Below, piece by piece: positions 1-11,734 of a DNA stretch of 64,000 nucleotides. Under the pieces are notes generated by a model. It saw only the letters and a program-made list of their open reading frames with translations. It ran no database searches and was not told the DNA's origin. Source of the stretch: Perna viridis (taxonomy: Eukaryota); assembly GCA_037379345.1 (NCBI GenBank), contig CM074512.1, positions 63,323,597 through 63,387,596 of the forward strand, read 5' to 3'. How positions within the stretch are numbered: the first letter of the stretch is position 1; every line of letters begins with the position of its first letter. The translations under genes were made by a program, and so were the position numbers.

Positions 1-1053
1 TGATGGTTATGTCGACATATCAATAAAATTATGTCGACAGCTCAACTTTTCGATGGCAGAAGTAAGCCTCCATACCTCAGACAAGACAACTGACGAAACA
101 TGCGCGTCCCGATATGATTGACTTTGTCCTCGCCAACAGTTTAAGTCTAAAAATGAAGTCAACCTTGTTTACAATTTTCCTACGTGTAGGCTTTTCATCA
201 CTTTACAGAAAATCTTTTATTAATTTGACAGCTGTATGTACAAAATAAGGCAGCTGTCGGTCATCACCGTTTTCATTCGATATTTAAGCATGTAGGCATA
301 AAACCATACTGCGAAGAAAATTTAATTATTCAATGAGAAATAGAAATGTGTCATTTGTATAACTTGCAAATATTCAAGTCCACAATTTTCTACTAAATAC
401 AGAAAAAAATTGCACAGAAGAATCGTCGAATTTATGTTGGTGGAAGTTTCACTGGAAAACATAGAATCAATGGTGAAACCTTTGTTAAAACTCAAATTAA
501 CAATTTGTGTTGGTTATTTTTTGTGAGCACCATTTGAATATTAGTATCAGGCTACCTTACGAATGATCTGCCAGTCTGAGGCCCATTTCTTTTTCTCTAA
601 CTAAAAGACTGAGTTTAATCTTCATGGGTATTCTTTAACTATGTGAGCTATAATTTTCCTTTGTGTTACATGTACATGTCTTTAATTAAAAGAGGGTGGA
701 AGCAGTAAGTGGACTAAGGACGAGACACGCATGGTGCCTACAATGACATTGTTACGTCAAGCAAACGTTTAAAAAATACATGTTTTGAATTAATGCTTGC
801 CATACTACGGACCTGGCCAAATTTCCTCAGGGAATCTTACCACAAGTATGGCAACTTCCATTATGATTGTCGGCTACTCCTATAACCTGCATGTATGAAC
901 GAATTATTGCCAAAAACTTGTTCACCGAGGAATATTAATATTTTTGCCCCTTTTTTTATAACTCGTTGAGGCACAAATCCTTACTTCTAAAATCTACGAA
1001 ATGAAGTTCTTCCCTATATTTAGATATCTTCATTTAACACTTCACCTCAGCTG

Positions 1054-1228
1054 TTAAGGAGGTAGATCTATGGTAAGGGACACAACTCCTACAAATCATT
1101 CGAACGTTTGTACTTACCATTTTACATCAATCTCATGTAAGCATCGTGTTTTGGTGAAATTGATTATGATACAAACATATCACTGATTTCAATGGTTATG
1201 TCCCTTACCCCAAAATGTACCTCCTTAA
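1054..1228. mobile_element. TTAA-flanked MITE (Kolobok-like ends), family A
   Basis: TTAA-GGAGGTA...TACCTCC-TTAA. Homologous copies at ~48096-48296, ~50508-50676 (inverted) and 53736-53946. Confidence 0.8.
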
Positions 1229-2754
1229 ATGGTGTTAACATTGAAGTTGCTTTCATACATGTGGACGTGGGGATAAAAGCAAAATAAGTACATGGACCTC
1301 TACTCCGATGAAAAGATATTGTTTGCTTATTTGGTAAGTTTTAGTAGTATTAGACGTTCCTCTGATGACACATGGATTTCTAGAGACATATCAACTCAGA
1401 TAGAAATAGGATTTTCGAGTTTCCTATATTTAGACGCACAAATTCGACTCTCCAAATTATTGTATGTTACATGTATAAACGTCTCAAATTACGTACATGT
1501 GTACCATTCGAAAGCTTCTTCTACTATATCTGTACAAAACATTTTTTCTTGTTTTCATAGAGAATTAACAAAATCAATTAACTTAATGTTCTGCTTATGT
1601 CAAAATCTAGGACATTAATTGTCTAGATTATTTAAGTCAAGATATTAAGAATGCAAACTGAAAACTTTGCTTCAAGCTTCATCGTGCAGTATTCCACATA
1701 CATTTATGATTCCTTACATCACAAAATATGTTACGGTACAAAGCCATATTTTGCTAACAACAGAAGTGTAAACAATAAATTTTAAAATAAATATACAAGA
1801 CTAGATGTTTGTTTGCATATGTGCTGTAGCCTTAATATCTAGTGTATAGCAAGTTACATATGTAGCAATAACTTGCGACAAAAATTGTCAAATCTGAATG
1901 AACTTGATAAAATTTTATGCTTATTGGTATTTAGCTGGATCATGGCATAAAATATCTTAATTCATCTAAATTTCTTGAAATGGCATTGTTATCAAGAAAA
2001 TTAATGCTAGCTTACACTTCATGATGCATTCAGGAACAAAATATAAATTTCTGACTTCAAATCTTGTTTTTCGCAACCATAGATTTTTTTTTCTAAAATA
2101 TGTTTTTTTTCAATTTTGTTGTGAATGTTTTATAGAAGTTACAAAACATTTGTTTAAGTTAGACTTGTTCTTGCGTGTTAAATACAGTCATATAAAATGT
2201 GTTTAGAAATGCTTCAGTCCTAATTTTAATGTGTTATTAAAACTATGAACGAAAACATTTCTTTAAGGAATGTCCTTGATATTGGCTTTATCAGAACCTT
2301 AACACAATTAAGCAGGTCTCAGCATTACTGTAAACGCTCATTCACCTACATCAACACTTAAAACTCACTTTTTGGGTGTATATAATTAAGGCAACGATAT
2401 TTTCAGCATGTCTGTAAAATTCAGCCCCTTTTTTTTCTTTTTCAGCGGATTACAATTGTAATAAAAACGTAAAAAGTAGAAATTTGAGAATTACCGATTT
2501 TCTTCAATTTCTTCACCCGCTATTGTCAATACGGTACTTTAAGTACATGTACCATAGTACGAATAAATATTACTTAACAATCGATTTTTTTTTTCAGATA
2601 AGCATAGGAAAAATATTTAAGCTATTCAAACTGCATTTAGGGAAAGAACTGCTATCCATACCCCTAAACTATCATTGTGTTGCACAATTTGCCTGACACT
2701 TATAATTAGATGTAGCTTGGCATTGTTACAATGTAACAAGAACAAACATACAAG

Positions 2755-3112
2755 TAAAAACGAGTCAGATTCGGACCCCTTACAGATGAGATAAAAGCTT
2801 GGTGTCAGACTACTATAATGTATAAATGGGTCGGATACGGACCCCTTACAGATGAAATATAAGCTTGGGGTAAGGTTGCTACAAAGTATAAACGAGTCAG
2901 ATACTGACCCCTTACAGATGAAATATGAACTTGGTGTCAGGTTACTACAAAGTAAAAACTTGTCAGATACGGACCCCTTACAGATGAAATATAAGCTGGG
3001 TGTCGGGTTACTACAATTTATAAACGGGTCGGATACGGACCCCCTTATAGATGAAACATAAGCTTGGTGTGAGGTTACTACAATATATATAAACGAGTCA
3101 GATACTGACCCT
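2755..3112. repeat. ~60-bp minisatellite, ~6 units
   Basis: Repeated AAACGAGTCAGATACGGACCCCTTACAGATGAAATATAAGCTTGGTGTCAGGTTACTACAA. Confidence 0.95.
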
Positions 3113-4755
3113 TCACTCCTAAATATGACATTTCTGTTTGTTTTCTATCAGTTAATTCATGTTTGTTTAGTGTCTTGTCTTGTCTTTTTGTTTGTTTTTG
3201 TTTGTTGTTAAGTGTCTTCCGCGGATTATCGATATCTAGTTCGTTTCTCGTTCTTATTGGGATTTATTTGCTTTTAGTTCCTTAACAATGGCTCATAAGT
3301 CTTCGAGCTAAATGACATCACAACAACTGTGACACCAGTGTGAGTTGTTTACAAAACATAAATAACAGGAAGTGAATACAGCTGGCTTACTGTACACTTC
3401 AGTGTTTTTCTCAGATTAATGTAGAGTATGCACTGTGTTGTAGTGCAAACATAGTATTAATATAATCACTCAATCACTTAGATTTTCACTTTCTAACAAA
3501 TACGGCACTTACAGGTTTCGAACGCCATCATTCAAACTGTTAAATGTACAACTTCACTGATCATCAATTGTACGATATACAGTCTGGGTAATATGTACAT
3601 ATACAACCAAGAAAACTTGCTTCTTACTGAAATGCAGTTGTCTACATACAAAAAAATATCTGTAAGTATTTCCTTTACTCTTGAACGCAAAACTGCAATT
3701 ATTCACAATTTCCTTTCTCTTACCTTTGTGTTCAATTCTCCTTAATATGTCCAAATATAGATTGCTTCGTAATCTCTATTATCTTGGTATGAAGTGAACA
3801 CAGCAGATAACTTCAATTTCAAGGTAACTAAGATATGTGTATTCACCATCATATCGGAAAGGACATTCCTATATCTGAATTTCTTTTCGCTTGATAACGA
3901 TTTTCATTAATACAAGTACAATCGCAGTTTTTTAAACCAGGCTATAAATGGGTAAGCAGGTAAAGAAAGTTCTAGACCGATTTGGGGGAAGGTATGGGGG
4001 CAGGGCCATCTCCACTAAACTGCGAAAAATATAACAATCTTTTGGCCTCCAATTAATCTTGAGAAACACACACAATAGTATTGTTTCTGCTTGCACTGGT
4101 AAAAAATAATACTAGTTCGGCGAAATTTAATTGCATGTTTGTAATCACCGTCACAACGTTTTAGACCAGCTGATAACGCCCCGGTTAATTGATTAATGTG
4201 GGAGCTTACGGATATACCCCTATCTTAATTCAAAATAGATATAAATATAAAATCTAAGTGAATTACACAAGCAAATAAGTAATCTTAAAAAATGGATTTT
4301 ATCAAGTAATAAATGAAAGATTGAAAATGCACTGAAAGTCGCCCGTGTAAACAAGTTGAGCCGATTTGTGAAACATTTTTTTTTTGTAACTACATACAGA
4401 TTTTCATATAACCTGTGTTCATAGGAGATAGAAATTATATAGAATGTACTGTAGAAGACAAAATTAAGGGAGATAATTCTTTCTCCCAGTCATAGGCTTC
4501 ATTCACACCGCACGAGCGAGTAATTTCCTGCCACGTGCCGGGAAATTAAAATGTCACATGAAGACTCCCACGCTTACCATGTTTGCATTTGTTATTCATA
4601 TAATAATTGTTGATCAATTAAATAGTTGTTGATTTACGAATGTTATTCATATTTTGAAAGATTAGTTGGTAGTGTATCAACTAATTAAATCATAATGGTA
4701 GTGATATCGATGACGCAATGACTTGATGACTGGAGGGGAGGTCCTTGATGACGTA

Positions 4756-5389
4756 TACTCGGCGTCACATAAATAACATACTGTTAAAATTTGAATAAAA
4801 ATATTTTCTACGTCTTTATTGACACCTACCGTCGTTTAAATTGTCTTAAATGACTTGCTCATTCGTTTAGCCAAACGGCTTCTCCCTAAACATTGAATCG
4901 TTAAATTCCGGTCAGATTTTAATTCTCGGTGCCAAAATTTACATCGTAAAAAGTCGGCCATGTTTACAGTGATCGGGTTGCTAGGAGATGTTGTTTACGT
5001 TTAAATGGTTTGTCCATAAACCGATGAACCCAGAATGCATTTCGGCGTTATTTCGGATATCTCGGATTTATTTTACGCGAACAACGTACAATATCGAGAA
5101 GTTGATCAAGCAGACGATTGTCACCGGAGTTCGACTGGAACTTACGAACTTCGTTTGTAAACAAATCGTCCCGTAGAAACCAACATGGCGGATATTAGTA
5201 TGGGATTTTCCCGTAAGGATTTGTTACGCATGATTTAAGCTAATAAGCGACTTGTTTAGGGAGAAGCCGTTTGGCTAAACGAATGAGCAAGTCATTTAAG
5301 ACAATTTAAACGACGGTAGGTGTCAATAAAGTCGTAGAAAATATTTTTATTCAAATTTTAACAGTATGTTATTTATGTGACGCCGAGTA
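4756..5389. mobile_element. MITE with ~135-bp near-perfect TIRs in a TA target context
   Basis: 4754-4892 is the reverse complement of 5253-5391 with one visible mismatch. Flanked by TATA. Confidence 0.9.
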
Positions 5390-7765
5390 TAGTTGATGTT
5401 GGAAGAATTTAGGGTGTTGTTTAATTTATTTTTTTTTGGTTTTATTCATGGGAGAAAGAGATTCTCCCTCTCTCGGGGATTAAAGGATGTCTCCACTCTA
5501 ATTAAATTTTAGAGTTTTACTATCTTAGTTTGTCATTTGGTTGTTGCACTTTCTAGACAAAAACCAAACAGATTGTTTATGAAAATAGCACATTGCACGA
5601 GTTATCGTTCTTGATTTGGTTTGATTTAGTTGACTTTTATCGGAGATGAAATAAAATACAAATTTGAAAACGAAAAGGACTACATGTATGGTTACGCATA
5701 AATATAGTTTGAAGACCAAAAAAGCATTGTTCGTTCAGTGGGTTATTTAACACCATGAATCACCTCTACTATCGACTGTGGCTGGAGTTTATATGGACTG
5801 GTACTTTAATCATCCTAATATGATGAAGGTGAAACCTATTAACGCTCCCGAAGAAACATTAATTAAAAACAACTTTGATAATTTTGGTCGGCTCTGATTT
5901 GATATTTTTTACTTATAACCTTTAAGTATGGCAAATTTTGTAATAATATATATTTGTCCTAAAGCATTTTACTGATTGTCGTGGTCTGATATGTCTATTG
6001 GGCGATATGTCCGGCATTCATACGGAATTATTGGTTGTCATAATCCGAAATGTCTTTGGGTCGAATTGTCCGGCATTGGTTAACATTATGGTTCTTATGT
6101 TTGCGAAACGTCTTCAAAGATTTCTTTTGTTGCATTTAGTTTCGTTTCATTCTGTCCATTTTGTAAAGTTAAACTATGTTTTTATAACGATTTGATTCAT
6201 TTTATCGAATAATTCGTTTCGATTCTTTATTTTATCGAGTATTTTCTTTTCGTTTTGGTTCGTTTTCGTTTCGCAATTTTTATGACCCGAGAATTATGGG
6301 TAATATTGATTACGTAATTTTCGTAAACATCTGGACGCCATACTGCAGACTATAAGGCCAACCCTATCTTGGAAAATCTATGATTCGATTTGTATTTAAT
6401 CATCGAAACTAGCAAATATTTTCCGAGACTGGTTTGGCTCTCAATCGCACATATACAAGTATACGCAAATGAAGCTGCCATTATGCTGTTTTTCAGCTCC
6501 TGAAAATGCAGGTACAAACCGGATATTGATGCTTTTTCTTGCCATAAGTATACAGAACCAAGTTGATAATACAACCATAAACGCTCCCTTCGAGAGCGTA
6601 TCACATGTTACATTATTATATAATAACATTTTTTATTACACTATCAACGTTTTATTGTAAAACCTTTGGAATATAAATTGTACTTGTTTTTCTTCTATTC
6701 TGGGTTTATGTCAGTATTACAATGTGTTGCACAATATATATACGGTCCTATTTAAAACGTATAGGAACGTCTTCTTATCCTCATTATGTAACTTTAAATA
6801 TAAGGAGAAAGAGTCAACATTCGAAATATTGGTAACTTTAGGGTCCCGTTCAGGAGCATATTGAGAAAAAAATAGCATCTTGGGGACAGAAATAGTTCAA
6901 ATCAAAATATTGTTGAAGCTCAACTACAGAAATAACTTGCATCAAGATAGTCAGAAGCTCGACTGAAGCTCGAACGGAGAAATCATTTGCATCAATTATT
7001 ATTATTAAGACATGACAGAAAATTGACTGAAGCTCGAAAATTCTTTTTCAATAAGTTCAATATATCATCTATGTAAATAACAGGAACAAATAAAATAACA
7101 TTTTAAAAATGCTTTCCTTATTCGAGCCATTCTAAATCCCAATCCTATACGAAATGCTTGTCCTGATCCCCTATTCCATACTCGAGTCTCCCAATTACCC
7201 CATACAAGTTCTATTTATTGTAATCTCAAGAAAGAAAAAAAAACACGAACAGAAAATAGTTCTTACCGAGGAGTTTAGTTCCAAACTCTGCAATTCCATG
7301 ACTCAAGTCGCATGCATTAGTAAAAATATTACACGTACCTTCCTCTGTAATTCATGCTTCCTGCTAAGTGCAGGGAAAATATCATTTCATACTATTGAAT
7401 AGTGAACTTTCTGTCAATACGTCCTGCGTTGTAGCTATTTAACCGAATATAGAAAATATATCTCAGAGATAACAATAATCGATCACGTATAATGATGTTA
7501 TTCTATTGGTATATTTTGTGTTAAAACAGGTTTTATATGTTTCATAATAAATAACTTAAAATCAAAACACAAGGTTAAATAAATTGCCAACAAGATGTCC
7601 TCATAGTTTTTTGTTAAATTACGGCGTTGTAAATTATTAATAAATAAATAATAATTTTTAAAAAATTCTGTAAGACAATCAGTAAATTATATGTGGAATC
7701 GATTTGCTTCATATGTTGCGGTTTACATATAAAATCATAAATTTCCAAAAACAAAAAAATCGAAT

Positions 7766-8210
7766 GAATACAAGGGAATCAAGCGGGACGACGCCAAAAC
7801 CTACCTGCTCGCCATCATCAATGGGAAGATCGTCAGGGTCAAGCATGACCCTCCGACCTGGCTCCGGGACTACTATGGGGGATGAGGCAGATCATGGAGG
7901 AAGTGATCAAGCTGAATCCTGACCTGCTCGCCTGCGAATCCAAGGAGAAGAGGGGGACGGACTACAATATCGAGGGGACAACCGTGAATTACGTCATGTG
8001 CTCCCTGGAAAATAAGGCTCTGATGGCGGCCTTCGACTACCTGACCGAGCAGGAGATCGAGGTGGGGGCGCTCGTATTCGATGGGCTCATGATTCATAAG
8101 AAGGGGGTTCCACGCACCAGGCTGCCCGAGATTCTCCAAGGCTGCTCTCAGAGGGTGAAGGAGGTCGTCGGGGCTGATATCATCTTCACGGTCAAGGAGA
8201 TGGATGAAGG
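7766..8210 (+). pseudogene. C-terminal fragment of a family-A-like (TVpol-type) polymerase/primase domain
   Basis: KRDDAKTYLLAIING resembles motif B. A frameshift at the G-run near 7876-7881 leads into ...CSLENKALMAAFDYLTEQEIEVGALVFDGLMI, which resembles motif C (E...hhFDG). The 5' part is lost at the element's left break. Confidence 0.6.
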
Positions 8211-9884
8211 GGACCACTCAGATCTGCTGCTACGCAAAGGCGTCTACCCCTACGACTATATGGATAGGTTCGAGAGGCTCCAGGAGACCCAGCTCCCATC
8301 CAAGGAGGCCTTCCGCAGCACGCTCAGAGGGTCTGGGGGGCCTTTGGATGCAAGACCATGCGCGACTATCACGATCTCTATCTCGAGACTGACGTGATCT
8401 TGCTCGCCGACGTCTTCTAGAATTTCCGCGAGATCTGTATGAAGCATTATGGACTCGACCCTGCGCACTACTATACGGCGCCAGGGCTATCATACGACGC
8501 CGCGCTCAAGGTCAGCGGTATCAAGCTGGATCTCATCACCGTCCCCGATATGCTGCTCATGGTCGAGAAGGGGATTCGCGGGGGTCTGACCATGGCGTCT
8601 CAGAGATACGCTCGGGCGAATAATCCCTACCTGCAAGATTTCGACCCGAGCAAGCCGACCAACTATCTGATGTATCTGGACGCTAATAATCTCTACGGGT
8701 GGGCGATGAGTCGGCCCCTGCCCACCGGAGATTTCAAGTGGATCGATCCCTCAGAAGTCCCAGACCTCAGCACGCTCGGTGAGGAGTATGAGCAAGGATA
8801 TATCATGGAGGCGGATCTCGAATATCCCAGGGAGCTCCACGATCGCCATAACGACTATCCCCTCGCGCCGGAATCCATGGTGATCAATGGAGTCAGGAAG
8901 CTGGTGGCCAACCTCCACGATAAGCAGAAATACGTGGTCCACTACGTAAATCTGAAGAAATACCTTGCCTGGGGTCTGAAGCTGAAGAAGATCCATCGCA
9001 CCATCCGATTCACCCAGAGCCCATGGTTGAAGGGGTACGTAGAGAAGAATACGGGTTGCAGGGCGGCGGCTACCACCACCTTCGAGAAGGACTTCTTCAA
9101 GCTCATGGTGAACTCAGTATTCGGAAAGACCATGGAGAATATCCGCAATAGGGTGGACGTCCGGCTGGTCAATAGCGAGAAGGCTGCCCGGAAGCTGGTG
9201 GCCAAGCCTAGCTTCAAGCGCAGGACGGTCTTCAGCGAAGATCTGGCTGCCGTCCATCTGCATCGCACCAAGCTGGTCTTCGATAAACCCATCTACCTAG
9301 GATTCTCCATCCTTGATCTATCAAAGACCCTGATGGCCGACTTCGTCTACGACCATCTCAAGTCCCGGTATGACGACCGACTCAGCATCTGCTTTACGGA
9401 TACGGATAGCTTGATCTGCGATATCCAGACGGCGGACGTATATAAGGATATGGCGGAGAATGTGCAGGAGTGCTTCGATACGTCCAACTATGCCCCAGAC
9501 CATGCCTCCGGGATTCAGCCCGGCGTGAATAAGAAGGTGATAGGCAAATTCAAGGATGAGTGCGCCGGCCAGCCGATGATCGAGTACGTGGGACTCCGAC
9601 CGAAAGCATATGCCTTCAAGGTGGATCGCGAGGAGTGCAAGAGGGCTAAGGGCGTGAAGAAGAGCGTGGTCGAGACCAATCTGACCTTCGCCGACTATAA
9701 GGAGTGCCTGGACACGGGCAGGGAGAAATACTGCGCGATGAATATCATCCGTAGCCGGCTCCACCAGGTCCTTACCCTAGAGACCTGCAAGAAATCCCTC
9801 TACTCCAATGACGATAAGCGCCACATCCTGCCCGACGGCATCAGCACCCTCGCCCATGGTCACTACCAAATCGTCCACGACTAA
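8211..9884 (+). pseudogene. polB: Protein-primed family B DNA polymerase (pPolB), N-terminally deleted
   Basis: Motifs [71 protein letters not shown]. Out-of-frame deletion at ~8318-8326 and in-frame TAG at 8418-8420. The ORF 8439-9884 is open. Confidence 0.95.
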
Positions 9885-9981
9885 GGCATCGATCCACCCC
9901 CACCCTCTCCCACACCAGAATTTCTCGAGGTTCGTAAGCCTCGGGAAATCTTCTCGCTTCGCCGCCCCCACCCCCATCTAT

Positions 9982-10113
9982 ACTTAGCAGGCTCTGATGG
10001 GTGCGGATGCCCATCCCTCCTCTTCAGCACTTGGTAGGCTCTGACGGGTGCGGATGCCCATCCCACCTCTTTGGCACTTGGTAGGCTCTGACGGGTGTGG
10101 ATGCCCATCCCTC
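9982..10113. repeat. 47-bp tandem repeat, ~3 units, intergenic in the viral element
   Basis: Units start at 9982, 10029 and 10076 (ACTTGGTAGGCTCTGACGGGTGCGGATGCCCATCCC...). An inverted single copy lies at 15026-15056. Confidence 0.95.
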
Positions 10114-10122
10114 CCTAGATAA

Positions 10123-10539
10123 ATGGATAAGCCCCTCACCAATCTCGAGCTCGAGCGAGCCGTGAAGAATCTGCATATCCCGCACTTCAGAGGCGTCTTC
10201 ATGCGCGACGATCTGCAGTCGCTGAAGAAGCTGGAGGCCGCTTACGATAAGCTGAAGGCGAAAGTCGTCAACTTGCAGGAGGAGATGCGGCGCATGAAGA
10301 CCGTCGAGAAGGACGATATCACAGCTCTCAGGGGGAGGCTGGACCAAAAAGTGGATAGATCGGATTGCAGCTGCACGAATGGTGGTCAGATGAACGTTGA
10401 TCTCGATATGCAGAAATACCGCATAAAAAATCTCCCACTTCCCCAGAGCGATAATGAGCCCGTCACCAAAGCCCTATACGATCAGCTGGTGAAGGATATC
10501 TACGATGTGAGAGTCTTAGTGCAGATGCATCATCCCTGA
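10123..10539 (+). pseudogene. Chimeric ORF: N-terminus of adenain-like maturation protease fused to a coiled-coil/fibre-like repeat protein
   Basis: MDKPLTNLELERAVKNLHIPHFRGVFMRDDL matches the start of Polinton cysteine proteases, but the catalytic His/Cys region is absent. The remainder is a coiled coil plus GGQMNVDLDMQKYRIKNLPLPQSDNEPVTKALYD, like the 'DMxxxRIxNLxxPxxxxDAxTKxYVD' fibre-type repeat. Confidence 0.65.
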
Positions 10540-10548
10540 GTGCCCCCT

Positions 10549-10593
10549 TATCTGCCTTTTCGGATGCCCCGAGAGCATCCGAAAAGCCATGAT
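10549..10593. terminator. Repeated hairpin motif, copy 1, between convergent viral genes
   Basis: Perfect 12-bp stem CTTTTCGGATGC/GCATCCGAAAAG (10556-10586). Near-identical copy at 12492-12535. Terminator function is inferred from position only. Confidence 0.5.
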
Positions 10594-10973
10594 TATTCCC
10601 AGTCGGATTGCTTCACCCATGAGTTGAAAGATTTAGGGTAGCCCATCCACTTCACGAATATTGCCTTGACCCCATTCTTGGTGCGTCGCCGCAGAACCTT
10701 CTCAATGCGATAAACGTCCTGATCGGTGCTCTGGAGCTCGGGCTCGTAGAAGAATCCCTGGATCTCCTCTTCGTTGAAATCCTTGAGGCGATAGGTCGGC
10801 GGCTGAGTGCCCAGGACCTGCGAGATGGGGAGGACTTCCTCTTTCCAGCGGGGCGTATACCTCCTTTCGAAGATGCCCTTCTTCTTGGCGATCCGGACCC
10901 TATCTCCAGGCTTGAATCGCGGCGGCTGCATGGGTGGGAGGTCTCCGTATAGATTTTTGACGCAGTAGATCAT
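10593..10973 (-). pseudogene. C-terminal part of Polinton retroviral-type integrase (SH3-like region + chromodomain); DDE core missing
   Basis: PRFKPGDRVRI..KKGIFERRYTPRWKEEV...PPTYRLKD...EEIQGFFYEPELQ, then the chromodomain YRIEKVLRRR...FVKWMGYPKSFNSWV. Confidence 0.9.
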
Positions 10974-10988
10974 ACTTTATCTATATAA
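10974..10988. promoter_or_regulatory. 15-bp AT-rich divergent promoter/initiator between integrase-side and ATPase ORFs
   Basis: CAT-ACTTTATCTATATAA-ATG. Reads TATATAAATG on + and TATATAGATAAAGTATG on -. Confidence 0.5.
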
Positions 10989-11733
10989 ATGGACGTGCAC
11001 GATATCTCTTACGATGCCGCCGCACCCACCAGGAGCAATCACTACCTCCTCCCCCAGCGATCGATTCGCGGTCTGATCGTCGGGAAGTCGGGCTGCGGCA
11101 AGACCACGCTGCTGAATAACCTCCTCTTGCGCTCTGGATGGCTAGACTACGATCGCCTCTCTGCTTCGGGAAGTCTCTGCATCAGCCATCTACCAACTCT
11201 TGCGAGCGGCTCTGGAGAAGGGTCTGACCAAAGAGGCCATCCGGGAGCTTCTCACCCTGCAGGACGCATATCTCCTGCTAGACCTCGTCGAGGATCTTCC
11301 CCGAGGGCCGGGTGGGATCGATGCCGCCTTCTTCGAGCAGGACGGAGACCAGACCCCCGCGAGCTCGATCCGACGGATAAGAATCTGATGGTCTTCGACG
11401 ATTTGATGCTGAGCAAGCAAAATAAGTGCGAGGATTACTACGTGCGCAGGCGCCATAATAATGTCGATTGCTTCTACCTCTGCCAGAGCTACTTCAAGCT
11501 TCCGCGGCAGACCATCCAGGAGAATGCCAACTTCATCTGCCTCTTCGCCAAGACGATCGAAATCTCGATCATATCCATCGCGACTACTGCACGGATCAAT
11601 CGCTCGACCAATTCAAGACCCTCTGCCGCCGATGCTGGTCTGAGCCTCACGGCTTTGTGACCATCGATCTGACCAGCCCGAGAAGCCGGAAGATATCGGT
11701 TCAAACTAGATGAATTCTTCGATCCGGATAAAT
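10989..11733 (+). pseudogene. A32/FtsK-like genome packaging ATPase, about 5 frameshifts
   Basis: Walker A GKSGCGKT, Walker B LMVFDD, and RHNNVDCFYLCQSYFKLPRQTI.ENANFICLF. The pieces continue in alternate frames (FGKSLHQP; YQLLRAALEKGL; QDDRNLDHIHRDYC...WSEPHGFVTIDLT; GRYRFKLDEFF). Confidence 0.92.
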
Positions 11734-11734
11734 A

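Noticed and set aside
1292-7402. Short ORFs in the AT-rich left flank and similar ones throughout the introns
   Set aside because: They have the F/L/I/K-rich composition of random AT-rich DNA, with no motifs or splice support.
9982-10113. 47-bp array (and the 60-bp array at 2755-3112) as CRISPR
   Set aside because: The units are contiguous near-identical repeats with no unique spacers, there are no cas genes, and the context is eukaryotic.
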